Assembly (NCBI GenBank): GCA_951406725.2
Contig: OX597816.1
Location: forward strand, 146,010,001 to 146,074,000
Direction of reading: 5' to 3'
Origin: Octopus vulgaris
Taxonomy: Eukaryota
DNA: 64,000 nt
Positions 13,291 through 27,849 of this stretch are shown one piece after another. The position numbers and the translations under genes are program-made. The notes below the pieces were generated by a model that ran no database searches, had not been told where the DNA came from, and saw only the letters and a program-made list of their open reading frames with translations. Position 1 is the stretch's first letter, and each line of letters starts with the position of its first letter.

Positions 13291-13850
13291 CTTAATTTTT
13301 CTTAAGCCTAATAGTAGTAAACATCTGAACTTTTTTTGACCGATAGGACCCCACCTAAAATTAAAAAAAATATCACTGATGGTGATGGTGATGATGATAA
13401 TAATGATAGTAATAGTGCTGATAATCTATCTATCTATCTACACACACACACACACTCAAAGAGTTCAACCAACACAAAGAAAGTATTATTTGACAGGCAA
13501 GAACTCTGGTGTTGAAGACAGTCAGCCAGCCAACCACCAAGCCAGCCAACGAGACAGACAGACACTACTGTGATGGTGATAATGATAAAAAAACAAAAAT
13601 AACAATAAGATACTGCTGTGACTACACATAAAACAATATCATTGATGATGATGGTGGTGATGGTGATGATGATAATGATGATGGTAATGGTGGTGATAAT
13701 GATGATAGTGATGGTAATGGTGATGATAATAACAATAATAAGCCGACTACGGCTGCTATAATGGTACGATTATAATTGTAACGGCAATGATGGCCGTCTC
13801 CCCACGAGCCAATCAAAGCTAAAAAATGATAGCATTATCGTAGCACCAAA

Positions 13851-15105
13851 ATGTTGTTGGAAACTAAAAGGAAAACTAAATCAGTATACCAAATCGCTTG
13901 TCCTATGGTTAATCTGGAAGCGCGTCCCCCAGGGAAGAGCCAGTCTGGGATCGAAAAGTCATCAACTGGCACAAACTCTTCTCCGAATACGGACATGGAT
14001 GGTCACTTGAACGGGAAATCCCCCAACTCGAGCCCTCCAAGTTCACCACCACAACCACCACAGAAAGAAAAATGTAAGCGGAACAAATGGACCCGAGAAG
14101 AGTATAAAGAAGTAATATACGCTTATTACTATGCATTAGGTAGGCCATCTCAAGAGAGACACACCGCAAACTCTTACAGTATATGGAGAACACGGAATCA
14201 AGACAGTAAGCCCTATTTGGACGAGAACAAATTAGCAAATGTGAGGAGGGATATCCTTAGAAATAACAGACTCACAAACAGTGAAATAAGCGCGATCAAG
14301 CACGCAACGGAAAATGACATAAATATAAGAAACAAAGGAAATGAAGAATCAGATGAACAGTATAGCCCGCCACGAGGCTTAATTGAAAGACTGCCATCTG
14401 ACCAAAGTACGCAAAGGCCTGAAGATACAAGAAATTCTATTGTACCTGTTAAAGATAGCCAGGAAAACGAAAAAACAACAGTAACTGAAGATCTCGCATT
14501 TGCTGAAGAACACAGAGAGTCTATGGCAGAAATGAGGCAGAAAATCCTGAATACGCTTGAAGTTGTAAGACATACAAGTATGAATGATAGAGAACCACTT
14601 CATAAACTCTCAAATACAAACCAAAATAAAAAACAAATCCAAATTGGCAACTATGTAACAAATGAAATAATACGAGAATTAAAACCTGATTTTACTGAGT
14701 TAAATGAAATTATTTACGCTTCTGCTAGGGCAATTGAAACCAGCTGTATGCCCCCGAAAAAACAAAGAAAACAAAACCTGGGAAGAAATCAAACCTGGAG
14801 AAGTAAAATTGAAAAAGAGATTGAATTTATGAGAGGGGAAATATCAATATTAAATGAACTAATATGTGGAAATGATGTAAGATCCAGAACAGGAAGAAAG
14901 ATGAAGAGAAAATTTGGATCCTCACCAAGAGAAGAACTGATATCAATAAAAGAAACGCTGAAACAAAAAGTCCAAGCAAAAGCCCAAAGAATACGAAGAT
15001 TTGAGAAGAGAAACAAGTTTTACAAGCAAAATAAGCTGTTCACATCCAATGCCAAAAAATTCTACAGAGAAATAGGGAAGGAGAAAGTAACCGTTAAAGA
15101 CCCCC
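13851..15105 (+). CDS. R4/Dong ORF, N-terminal segment (before frameshift 1)
   Basis: RNKWTREEYKEVIYAYYYA…LKQKVQAKAQRIRRFEKRNKFYKQNKLFTSNAKKFY, typical of the R4 clade pre-RT region. Confidence 0.8.
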
Positions 15106-15109
15106 TCCC

Positions 15110-16955
15110 ATGGAAGAAGTTCAAAACTTTTGGAAAAGGATTTGGCGTGACAAGAAGACGTACAACATAAATGCAGACTGGATTATACAAACTGAAGGAT
15201 CCTACCAAAATTTACAGCAACAAGCATGGGAAGACATCACAATAGAAGACCTAAGAAAGGCACTCACGAAGGCCCATAATTGGAAATCCCCCGGTAAAGA
15301 TAAGGTGCCGAATTTCTGGCTCGCATCGCTCCCATGCGCACACGGTAAGCTAGTTCAGCTGCTCAATGGAATTATGAGAGACCCAAAGAAAACACCTGAA
15401 TGGTTAGCAAGTGGCATTACTTACCTACTCCCAAAGAATAACGAAACCAACCTTCCAAAAAACTATCGGCCTATAACCTGTCTATCCACCACGTATAAAA
15501 TCCTAACATCTATCCTGGCGGAGAAAACATATGCATTCATGGAGAAGAACGATATTTTCCCCATTGAACAAAAAGGGTGCCGCCGAGTCTCTTACGGATG
15601 CAAAGATCAACTGCTAATCAATCGTATGATCCTTGAGAACTGTCACAACAAGCGCAGAAATCACAGCACCGCATGGATTGACTATAAAAAGGCCTTCGAC
15701 AGTATACCGCATCCATGGATCTTGAGATCGCTGGACATCTTCAAAATTTCCCCTGTGATTTCAAACTTCCTGAAGCACAATATGTCGTTGTGGAATACGA
15801 ATCTCCAATTATACGACTCTAATGGAGTACTTGCCTCAGAAAATATAAACATCAACTGTGGAATTTTTCAAGGTGACTCACTTTCACCTTTAATATTCTG
15901 CATAGCCCTAATACCCCTTACAAGTGAATTAAACAGAACAGGGTATGGGTATAAAATTGCCAATAAAAAAATAAGCCATCTATTTTATATGGATGACTTA
16001 AAACTTTATGGTAAAGACAATAATGAACTTGAAGGCCTATTGCGCACCGTGAAAGCATTCAGCGATGACATCGGGATGGAGTTTGGACTTGAGAAGTGTG
16101 CCAAGGCCACTTTCCAGAAAGGGAAAGTGAAGACCACAAATTCAGTCGTGTTAGATGTTGACACAGTCATAAGAGAGCTTGAGCAAGAACAAACATACAA
16201 ATATTTAGGGATACATGAAGGCTCTGGTATTCAGCATGCAAGCATGAAAGAGAAAATCAGGAAGGAATGTTATAGGAGAGTTCGTGCAGTCCTGAAATCT
16301 GAACTAAATGCACGTAACAAGGTGTTAGCTATAAATTCCTTAGCAGTTCCAGTTGTTACTTATAGCTACAATGTGTTGAACTGGAATATGAGTGAAGTAA
16401 AGAATATAGACAGAAAAATACGCAAGCTGCTGAGTTGTAATAGGATGCACCACCCAAAGGCAGACGTAGATCACCTTTACCTTCCCAGAGCCCAAGGAGG
16501 TCGAGGCCTGATCCAATTTGAACTAGCTTACAAAACAACCACAATTGGACTGGCCAAATATCTCGAAATAACGAATGACTGGATGCTAAAGCTCGTGGAA
16601 AATCACGAGAGACGAAAGAAGCTTCATTCTATCATAAAGGAAAGCAAAAATTTTGCTATTGATCTCGTGCAGGATACCCAAACTGAACAACCCGAGGGAA
16701 GTACGGCAACTATTGTTGCAAAGAAGGTGAAAATGATGGCAAAGAAAAAAGCGCACGAGCAATTGGCTGATAGGTGGGCGGAGAAACCTCTGCACGGCAA
16801 ATATGTGACCCGCAGCAAACAAGCTGATGTTGACCAGAAGCAAACCCATCAGTGGCTACGGAGCTCAGGGCTAAAAGCAGAGAGCGAAGGTTTCATCCTG
16901 GCTGCTCAAGATCAAAGCCTATTAACCCGGAACTACCAGGCCAATGTGATGAAAA
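15110..16955 (+). CDS. R4/Dong ORF, reverse transcriptase segment
   Basis: NYRPITCL, EQKGC, WIDYKKAFDS, GIFQGDSLSP, LFYMDDLKL, YKYLG, GGRGL, AAQDQ. Confidence 0.92.
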
Positions 16956-17538
16956 TGGAGCAGACCCCAAATGCCGATTCTGCAACGACATGATTGAAAC
17001 AGTGGACCACCTAATCTCTGGATGTAAAGTCTTAGCACCAGTGGAGTATAAATTAAGACATGACAGAGTTGGCCAATATCTCCACTGGCTAATAAGTCGG
17101 CATTACAATATCAAAACTGCCGACAAGTGGTATAATCACCACCCTGAGGCTGTAACTGAAGGAGAAAATGTAACCATTCTGTGGGACTTTCCAGTACATA
17201 CAGACCGAACCATCAAGGCCAATAAACCAGATTTTGTTGTGAAAGACCAAAACAATGAAGTTTGCTTATTGATCGACATGAGCATCCCCTGTGATCATAA
17301 TATCTCAGCGAAAGAGTTTGACAAGCTCAGAAAATATAAAGACCTACTCATTGAAATTGAGAAAATGTGGCATCTCAAGGCGGTTACAATACCAGTGATC
17401 GTAGGAGCACTAGGAATGATCAAGAAGGGAACCGAAAATTATATGAGAATGATCCCTGGCTTACCATCCCTGCAAGAAGTGCAAAAGATTGTCTTAACTG
17501 GTAAATCACACGTATTGAGAAGAGCATTGTCGATGTGA
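16953..17538 (+). CDS. R4/Dong ORF, CCHC zinc knuckle + restriction-like endonuclease (after frameshift 2)
   Basis: CRFCNDMIETVDHLISGC, YKLRHD, ILWD, KPDFVV, LIDMSIP, K..KY. Confidence 0.9.
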
Positions 17539-17714
17539 GAACTGTTGCTGCTCATGTATTTTAATTTAACTTTAAAAAAAAAAAAAAAAAAATGAACGAA
17601 CTACTGAGTTTGGTTTAATGGCCTACCAATGAATACTATGAGTTTCTTTGCCCTAGGAGTCGGGAAGACACTCGGCAAGAAATGGAAGCAAATTTGAAAG
17701 AAGAAGAAAAAAAA

Positions 17715-17786
<72 letters not shown>

Positions 17787-17819
17787 TAATAATAATAATG
17801 AATAATAATAATAATAATA

Positions 17820-18662
<843 letters not shown>

Positions 18663-18664
18663 AT

Positions 18665-19525
18665 GAAAAATCACACAAGAAAAAGAATATGTAAAGTCAG
18701 TTTGCGAGAGATGCGAAAGCGAAGACAGATACAAAGGACCAGTGGCAATGGATGAAGAGGAGTAACATGAAGTTAAAGAGAGAAGTACTCATATGCATAG
18801 TTCAGAAACAGGCGTTAAGGATCAATTATATGAAGTGCAAAATAGACAACACTGCCAATAGCGACAAATTCGCAATGTATGGTGAGAGGCGTGAAATGGT
18901 GTGGCACATCGTTAGCGAATCCCGACATTGGTACAACGTGGATATAAAAGACGCCATGTCAATGTGGCAAGAATGACCCATTGAGAGCTCTGTGGAAACC
19001 ACGGCTTACAAAGAGCAAAGAAGTAGTATGAGAAAACTCCAGAAGGAGTCACCGAAAATGAGAATCGCAAAATCCTGTGGGATGCAATGATCCAGTGTGA
19101 TCACCTGACTAGACATCGGAAAACGATATTGCTGTGGTGAATAAAAAGAATGAACATGCATGATAATCGATATAGCATGCCTCAGTGACAACAGGGTTAA
19201 TGTAAAAGAAGAAGAAGCAAAACTAAACAACTATGACGATTTAAAGTGGGAAATACGAATATTGTGGTCAGTGAAGTGAGCAGACGTGATACCAATAGTA
19301 ATTGTTACACTTGGAAGTATCAGCACTCATCTACCAACATGGCTGAAAAAGATCAGCGCAAGTGTGAAGGTAGAACACAAACAAGAATCAGCATTGCTTG
19401 GAACTACAAGAATTCTTTGCTGGGTTCTTGAAGCATGACCAGTAAACAATTATCACCTTTGTCTGCTGGCTGTGGACAGCTGACACTTTCCCTCATACCC
19501 AGCAATATAAGCTGTGAGTTTTCAT
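18665..19525 (+). mobile_element. Degenerate R4/Dong-type 3' fragment (third family)
   Basis: WQWMKRSNMKLKREVLICIVQKQALRINYMKCKID, WHIVSE, ENENRKILWDAMIQCDH, CMIIDIACLSDNRV, VIPIVIVTLG; frameshifted. Confidence 0.85.
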
Positions 19526-21439
19526 GTAATGGTAATGATGATTATGATTACGATAATCATAAAATTATTTTAAAGAGCTGATGGATTTTGGCCTCCCAGA
19601 TTTATGCAATATGACACGTGATTCTTTATAGAAAGAACACAAACAAGTGTTCTTTCAAATAATTAGCATCAAATAGAAATATCTGAATGTCAAGTCCGAA
19701 CGAAAATCTAAATGTAAAGTGATGCTTGACAAAAAACGTTATCCTTCAGCGTTATGTGAACTGTACACAGCAACACTCTACCAAGGGTACACACACGATT
19801 CGAGGTATGGAGAATTACATATACGTAAAGAAATTTCCATGCAAGTGGTTCACTGTAGTTTACAGCAAATCGAAAATAAACGCAAAGAAATATAAACAAA
19901 AAGATATAGACCATAGAAACTCGCAGCAAAATACATGTGTTCGTGAAAAACATACCCTCAGCCATATAACATCAACAGAATAAAATCATACACCGCAATT
20001 GATTCCCTCGAGATGATGGAGCAGTCCATTTGAAACAATAAAATCGCAACATGAGCGCCACTAGATATACTTTAACTATTGTGGTTTAATTGTCTTTAGC
20101 AGCTATTCATATACTTTTAAAGTATCTCTTTAACTGATGCGTATTAAAATTTGGTAGCAAATATTTTTCTCAAACGCGCACTTATTTCTGCTTATCCTCC
20201 TTTGTTTTACACAATTTAATGCAGTAGATTAAATTGATTATTAACCACATTAATCATAGACAAAATGACCTTATACCACATCTAGTCGACATGAGACAAA
20301 ATATTGTTTTCAGTTTTCAAATAACAAATTTACAATAATTATTACATTGTATTTTGAAACAACAGTCCTATTAATATAAAGTTGTAATGTTCATATATTT
20401 CAATTATCATGACAGACTCATTGACCTTAAGTCAATATAAGAAGATGATGAAATCGTACCGGTTGACATATCCTCTATTCATATTCAAGTTGTACTTTGC
20501 ACATTTTATGTATATGATCAACATTTAAAGATTATTTATTGCGTCACGGGTTACGTCTGTAAAAGATATCAGCTTAAAATTATAATTCATGTACTCTTTG
20601 AATAAATATACAAAATATAAATAACATTATTAACTTATGCTTTAGTATTTCATAATAAACACCAATCCGATATTTAGCACTCATTGATATTAAACCTGTG
20701 GTAAAATATGTTGGAATTACGTTGAAATATAATTGTGATTCACGTATATTGATTTATCTGACGTTACAATATTTCCTTATAACTCGCACAAAAGGAAATG
20801 GCAATACTTATCCCACGGTCCTGAGAGACGTAATTATAATGACAAAGACTTTCATAATAATAGCTTGCATTGACTGAAAGTTGCAGTTATACGCATTGGT
20901 TCCGGTTGTGCTTTGATTTAAGAAGAGCTGTAGACTTTAAGAGGAGTTAAAAAAACAACTGAGTTAGTATAAAGAAAGTAAATTTAAAGGTATATCTTTC
21001 TTGCTTTAGTGATATAAATCTTACCTATATTAAGGAAAATATATTGTTGGACGTGGTTTTCTCGTTGTCATTTGTGTTTTGGTGCTACATAGGATTTCGT
21101 TTTAGCTTTGGTATGATTTTTGTATGTTGTTGTTAGAGTTGTTGTTGGCCATGATGATAGTGCTTATAATTGTGATGGAACTTATTTTTAGGGCTGTATA
21201 TTCTCATACAATTGCGGTTATGTATCTTTGAGTCAATCGTCATCAAACAGGTCTTTGTTTAAATGCATTTTACTTACAGTCGTGTATATTTTTCAGGTAA
21301 TGTATATTCGGGAGTAGGTGTTTTAGCATATTTTCTCAGATGGTACGGTGTTATATGAAAGATTTTAGGCTGCTATTTTTTGCATAACAAGTGTTCAGAT
21401 TATGTGTTACTCATTGAGCAATACCGATGTGGTAACCAT

Positions 21440-22140
21440 TAAACATAAAATCCGGTTTAGCATAAGTAATTAGGGAACAGAAGTATTTGTGGAATAGCCT
21501 ACCTACAAGTTTAGCTGTTAGATTTAACATTGATCGATCTTTTCGATATTTACTTCTTAAGCAATTCGCTAATAGCCATGCGTTCTATAAAAGTTTTATA
21601 GAAAGCATTTAAAGCTAGAGCTCTATAGAATATTTTCACTCTGCATTAGCTGCGATTAACGACAAGATATTACCCACCAATGCTACACACGATTCTGCAC
21701 AACAATCCAATTGTCTCATCAAGTGTACAAGTTCTCTAAAAGGTAAATGTCTATAAAATGTGTTGTATAATGCAACAAGGTTTCCGCCAATATCAACAAT
21801 GGTTCAAACCGGTATATATACATATATATTTCAACGAAAAAAACTTTTCCTTCTTGATATAAGTAATACTCACACACACTTCGCGGGCGAGAGCTTATTT
21901 AATCATGAGGATGTATAAACGTCAAAAACTTAAATCCTGATAAGTTTGAAACACAAACTTATATCAAACTTCAACATTGACAGGTTGATAAGTCTGTCTC
22001 AACACATAGACACGCCGCGTTTACCTACTCATCAGACCTCTATATACAAGTTTTTGATTTTGAAATAAAAGCTGAGCCTATGTAAAATTGGTTTTTCCAA
22101 CTAGATCACCGTACTACTCTCACAAATTCTCTTTAGACAC
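21440..22140 (+). pseudogene. Old Penelope-like element remnant (linker + GIY-YIG)
   Basis: LWNSLPTSLAVRFNIDRSFRYLLLKQFANSHAFYKSF resembles IWFNPPYS..V.TNIG..FL.L..KHFP..H. LKGKCL*NVLYNAT resembles CPL.GKCL..vvY.A. Confidence 0.5.
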
Positions 22141-23041
22141 TCATAAATTGATGTGCAGCAAATTCCGTTATATCTGTGTGTGAGTTTGATTGTTTCTTTG
22201 TTTGTTTAAGAGTCTGTGTGTATGCGTCTGTGTATGTGTTCTTGTGTATGTGTGGGGCGTGTATCAAAATTCAGTGTAGAAAATTGCAAGTACATTAGAT
22301 TATAGGCGCGATCTATGTATCATACTAAATGTATACACATCTGTAGAAAGACTGATGCACAATGAATTTTCTGAGATAAAATCTTGTCATAAGACTTGTG
22401 ATATGTACGTAATATATATCCTTTAAGTGACTCACGAGATCGACGGATGTATTGCGCATTTCCTGCTTCTTATAAGAAACATGTATCCGATTGCTACCTG
22501 CTCAGACAAACTTCGCTGCCCATATAGAGAAGACAGTGAATAAAACAATTCACTTCCGCACATCAAGAATTTCTAGCGTTCGGCCAGCTTCTGCAAATCC
22601 GATGAATGCTTTATTCACTATAATTGTGTTAGTGCAGTGTGTATGTGCTCCTGTTCTGTTCTGTGGTGTGTGTGAGTGTGAGTGCGTCATGCGTGCGTGC
22701 CAGCAGTCCAATCAGTTGTATCATACAATTTATTCTTAAATATTTTTACTATGAATATTTGTAAATAGTTAATGTAGAGATTTGATCAGACTTGTCCTTA
22801 AAACTTAACCAAATCTGACATTTAAGTCATAAATATCTCTTTAACAATTTATAAAAGAAATTATTATATAAAATTAAATGAAGTTGGTAAAAAATAATCT
22901 CCTCATATAAAATATTAAACAACAGCAATACACAGAAAGACAAGAATTTAAGTAATGACTTCCACATATTATTTCAAAGTTTCTCTATCAGGAAGCCACA
23001 AAATCTAACATGTACAAATAACAATATACAAGATAACTAGA

Positions 23042-23335
23042 AGACGGCGGATTGGCTGAATCTTTAGCACGACGAGAAAACTGATTAACTGCATTTCGTC
23101 CGTCTTTACCTTCTGAGTTCAAATACCGCCGAAATCGACTTTGCTTTTAATCCTCGCAGGGTCGATAAAACAAATACCAATATAAGGGGATTTCAGTTTC
23201 CGACTACCAAATATACTCACGACTATTTGGTCTGGACTATAGTAGAAGACACACGTACCCAAGTGTGCCACGCAGTAGAACTGAACTCGAGCATGTGTAA
23301 AGTAAGCTTCTTCCTATACGAGCTCACCTGCGCCT
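23042..23335. mobile_element. SINE A (+, 23042-23182) abutting SINE B (-, 23190-23335)
   Basis: ggcggattggctgaatc…gagttcaaataccgccg…gtcgataaaa, then tttcagtttccgactacc…ctatagtagaagacac…cctgcgcc. Confidence 0.75.
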
Positions 23336-24104
23336 GATGAATTTCTTTTATCAAATCATAACTACACTGATTTTCATAAATAATATCAAATATTATTTTG
23401 CAAAGAGTGGTAAAATTTCTTTCTTAAGTGAAATGAAACATTTTGAAGCATATTTAGGCTTTTGAAAATTAGAAGTATCACTTTCGTTTCTATTACATTA
23501 GACTTAGGTGCGCATATAGTCTCGTCTTTTTATTTTTATTTGTAATATTCACCAATTGCTACATTGAAAACATTTCATACAGCCCTTGTTTAAAACTTCG
23601 GCGTGACATAAAAGAATAGTATGAACAATGGTAATTCATTAACCATGACATTATATTTTTATGCCTCAACACACAATATATACGAGTATATTTTTCATGG
23701 GAAGAACTTAAAGATTTTTCCTTTAATTATATTTTCATTCTTTGTATTGAATAGAATTCGTGCATTGACAGGTTTCAATTACTTGAAATAAAAACAAACT
23801 GTATAAGATCATTGACTCTGCATTACCGTACGATAAAAGAGTGGATACCAAGAAAATTGAAAATATGCAATAAGAGAATTTAACTAAAGACACTATAGAA
23901 AATTAATACGATAATTATTCCTGTGGTAATCGGTACACCAGGCAAAAGGAACAATATCCCAAAATGCTACCAATGAGGCAGAACAATATTAGAATTCAGA
24001 ATCGCATTGTCAACATGCAAAAATGTGTAGTCTTCGTTTCTTCCAAGAAAAAATATTTGAGGAGAGATGTTTTTACCAAAACACGAAATAATAATGATTT
24101 CAAA

Positions 24105-24329
24105 TTGTGGCACAAGACCAGCAAATTTGAGGGACGGTATAAATCGACTGCATCGACAACAGTACTTAACTAATACTTATTTTATCGACTGCGAAAGGAT
24201 GATAGGCAAAGTCGACCTTAGAGGAATTAGAACTAAGAACATGAAGATGGGCGAAACGCCGCGACGCATTTTGCCCGGCGTGATAACAATTCTGCCTGAT
24301 CACCGCCTTAAATAATAATAATAATAATG

Positions 24330-24424
<95 letters not shown>

Positions 24425-24822
24425 CCTTTCTACTATATAGTAACAATAGTAGAAAGGATTTGTAGGTGGGGGCTTATCGATTACATCGACCCGTGTTTCA
24501 CTGGTACTTCATTTATGGATCTCGAAATAATGAAATGCAAAGTGGATCTCGGCGGAATTTGAATTCAGAACGTAACGGCAGACGAAATACCTATTTCTTT
24601 ACTACCCACAACGGGCTGAACTCAGAGACGACAAACAAGGACAGACAAACGGATTAAGTCGATTACATCGACCACAGTGCGTAACTGGTACTTATTTAAT
24701 CGACCCCGAAAACATGAAAGGCAAAGTCGACCTCGGCGGAATTTGAACTCAGAACGTAACGGTAGACGAAATACCGCTAAGCATTTCGTCCAGCGTGCTA
24801 ATGATTCTACCAGCTCACCACC
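24105..24822 (-). mobile_element. Three SINE A copies on the minus strand around (AAT)n
   Basis: Repeated ggcaaagtcgacct(c/t)(g/a)g.ggaatt(t)gaact.agaac blocks at ~24205, ~24535 and ~24720. Confidence 0.8.
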
Positions 24823-24825
24823 TTT

Positions 24826-25193
<368 letters not shown>

Positions 25194-25194
25194 G

Positions 25195-26100
25195 AGGAAT
25201 AGTTCAAAGGGCAATGCAAAAATGCTAAAATGGATGCAAGGGCATATCTTGACGAAAAATGCCAAATAGAAAGAAAGGTTTCAACACTGTTATCGAAACC
25301 CTAAAACAACGTGAGAGAACAAAAACATTAAAGATGCAACGTTACACCGATCGTATATCGCAGTTCCAGCAATACAGGTGCTTCTGAAATAATCAGAAGC
25401 TGTTTTCCAAGGACTTAGGGGGAGGTACACAAGATAATATATCTCCTGAAGCACAGGAAATCCCTCCAGTTTTGGTTTAATTTCTGGGGGCAAGACGTTT
25501 CCCACAGCCACATTGCTGAGTGAACTCATTCCGCGAGATCCGAATTCCATCACACGGAGGCTCCACAAGAGGACCATGTGCGCATAACAACGGAAGATGT
25601 AATTGCACAAGTATCAAAACTACCAAAAGGGAAAGCGGCAGGACCAGACAGAATTCAAGGCTACTGGGCTTTAGTGGTTTAAGTCAACACACAAGTGAAC
25701 TGCGTTGCAATTAGACAATTGCCTACAGAGTGCTGCAGTTCTGGAGAGGATAGTAGAGGAAAAGACAACATTGATGATGAAAGAGCGGTCAAATGGCAGT
25801 GAGGTTGGCAATTATCGACCCATTGGTTGTCTTAACCTCGTATGGAAAGTTTAGCAGGCATCATCGCAGGGAACATATGTACGTTCCTTGCAGAGAAATG
25901 TCTACATCCAGTAGAACAAAAGGGATGATGAAAAGGGCCCAAGAGCACCAAGGACCACATTGTGATAGACAAGGTTTTAATGAAGAACTGCAAACGGTAC
26001 CAACAAAACATGAACATGGCCAGGATAGACTTTAAAAAGGCTTACATGTTGCCGCATTCGTGGATTTTGAATAGCTGAGAACTGTTGTGCACTGATTAAG
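25195..26100 (+). pseudogene. Degenerate R4/Dong-type RT N-terminal fragment
   Basis: NNQKLF, AGPDRIQGYW, GNYRPIGCL, HPVEQKG, MARIDFKKAY, LPHSWIL; many stops and frameshifts. Confidence 0.8.
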
Positions 26101-27849
26101 AACATATGCTTAGTTAGGTCTTGCAGTAGTTGGTTGCTATCTCTCTAGAAGAGGAAATGGAGGCGGTCGAGGATGCGGAGGTCTCGTCAAAGAAGGGCCG
26201 CAAGAGGAAGAAGGTGAGAAACAATGGTTGCTCACCGAGGGATACTAGGGCTGAGGGAGAGGAGGTAGGTCTCCCGGTTACGAGGAAACTCGACCTTCCT
26301 TAGCAAGAAAGGGAAAAAAAGATGAGGAAAAAGAAAAATGGGACATTGTCGGCAATCGGTAACACAATACCGGTATGTCCCGGAAGGTCGTCGGTGGGAA
26401 TTGTACTACCGACGGGTGAAGAGCTAAGGAAAAATTAGACAAAATTTTAGGTATTTCATGAAAAGACAAGGCAAAAATCTCAAATCAGTGTCAGCAAAAA
26501 CAAAAAATGCACCAAAAGAAAACGAACTAAAAGAATAGTCACTTCAGGTACAACAAAAGAATAGTCTACCAATTTCTGAACTATTAAGAGGAATATCAGA
26601 GGATTTTTTTCTGCTTTCAAAGTTATATACAATATTTCTCTCTCATTTGCAGGGGTACACAGAAGTTGGAATTATAAAACCGGTCACTCACTCACGGGTA
26701 ATATAGTGTTTGGACAAAGACAATTAAACATATGCGGCTTCTAAAATTAACGATAGCTGTATTGAAAACACTGGTCGTAACATTTCTTGAATATTTAACC
26801 TTTGTGGTGAGAAAACACTCAGATGTATTCATAACCGAAATTCAGATAATGTTCGAGTAATCATTATTACTCAAATGCTTCCATAGGTTTACATTACTAA
26901 CAAAAACACCAGTATCATCGCACACAAAAACCGGGGTGTGTAAAATTTCAACATTCGAAAATTTATTGTTTGAATATATCCTTTGAAATTGGAATTATTT
27001 CTGCTATATATAATTTTTAGCTTTTGATCTTGGTAAAAATCAATCAATATCGTTATCATTTATTTTTAATGATGTAAACAAATATATTTTTGCTAAAAAT
27101 AATCCATTGATTCCACACTAATTAAATAAGTTAAGTCATTATTAGAGTGGAGCACATAATATGACATAGTTGCTATAACTCTCACAGGAATTGTTTACTT
27201 CATTCTAAAACCATTCTTACATAGCTAAATGAAATCACAACATTAGCATATTACTGACTGATTTGCCTGAATTCTTCGGATATATGAAAATGTTTGAGAA
27301 TATATTATTTTAAAAATAAAGTGAATAACTGTAAATATTGTTATCACATATTAAGCACATATCCGATTTAATCTTTTTATAACAATAAGAAACAGATTCA
27401 CATCAAGGCGCATTTTTTTGAGCGAGAAGATTGTGTCATAAGCAAAATATCAAAACAAGAATGAAATACAGGTTGTTGAATTAAACAGCTGTAACAGAAT
27501 CTCAGAGGAGCATGATACAATGACACCTATCTGAACAAAATACATACGTAGTTGTGATTTAATTACTTATTCACTTGAATGATTATCCCTCTCCTATGCA
27601 TTATACAAACAGTTAATTCACGATTTCAGTTACTCTTACCACAATACATTACCATTGTTATATTCATGAACAGTTTTGTATTAACATATTTAGATCTTTG
27701 TAACGTAAACTTATATTTAGCTTTAAGCAGTTTCAAATTTTGCTATTTTCAAAGTAGTGTCTAGAAATATATTTAGCTCTTTATAAAATACACCTATGTT
27801 TAGCATGTTGATAAAGCTTCAATCAGTTTGAATTTTAGGTTATTTTTCG

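Larger units (their letters stand above)
13743..17715 (+). mobile_element. Near full-length R4/Dong-clade non-LTR retrotransposon in an (AAT)n tract
   Basis: Single-ORF architecture (N-terminal region, RT, CCHC knuckle, RLE nuclease), then 3' UTR and (AAT)n. Dong elements are known to target TAA repeats. Confidence 0.93.

Noticed and set aside
13743-13850. HDV-like ribozyme at the R4 5' end
   Set aside because: Expected for this clade, but I could not build the P1/P2/P3/P1.1 pairing by eye.
26653-26697. Carbonic anhydrase N-terminus (SWNYKTGH)
   Set aside because: No following GP..W, QSPI or His-motif exons were found in the window.
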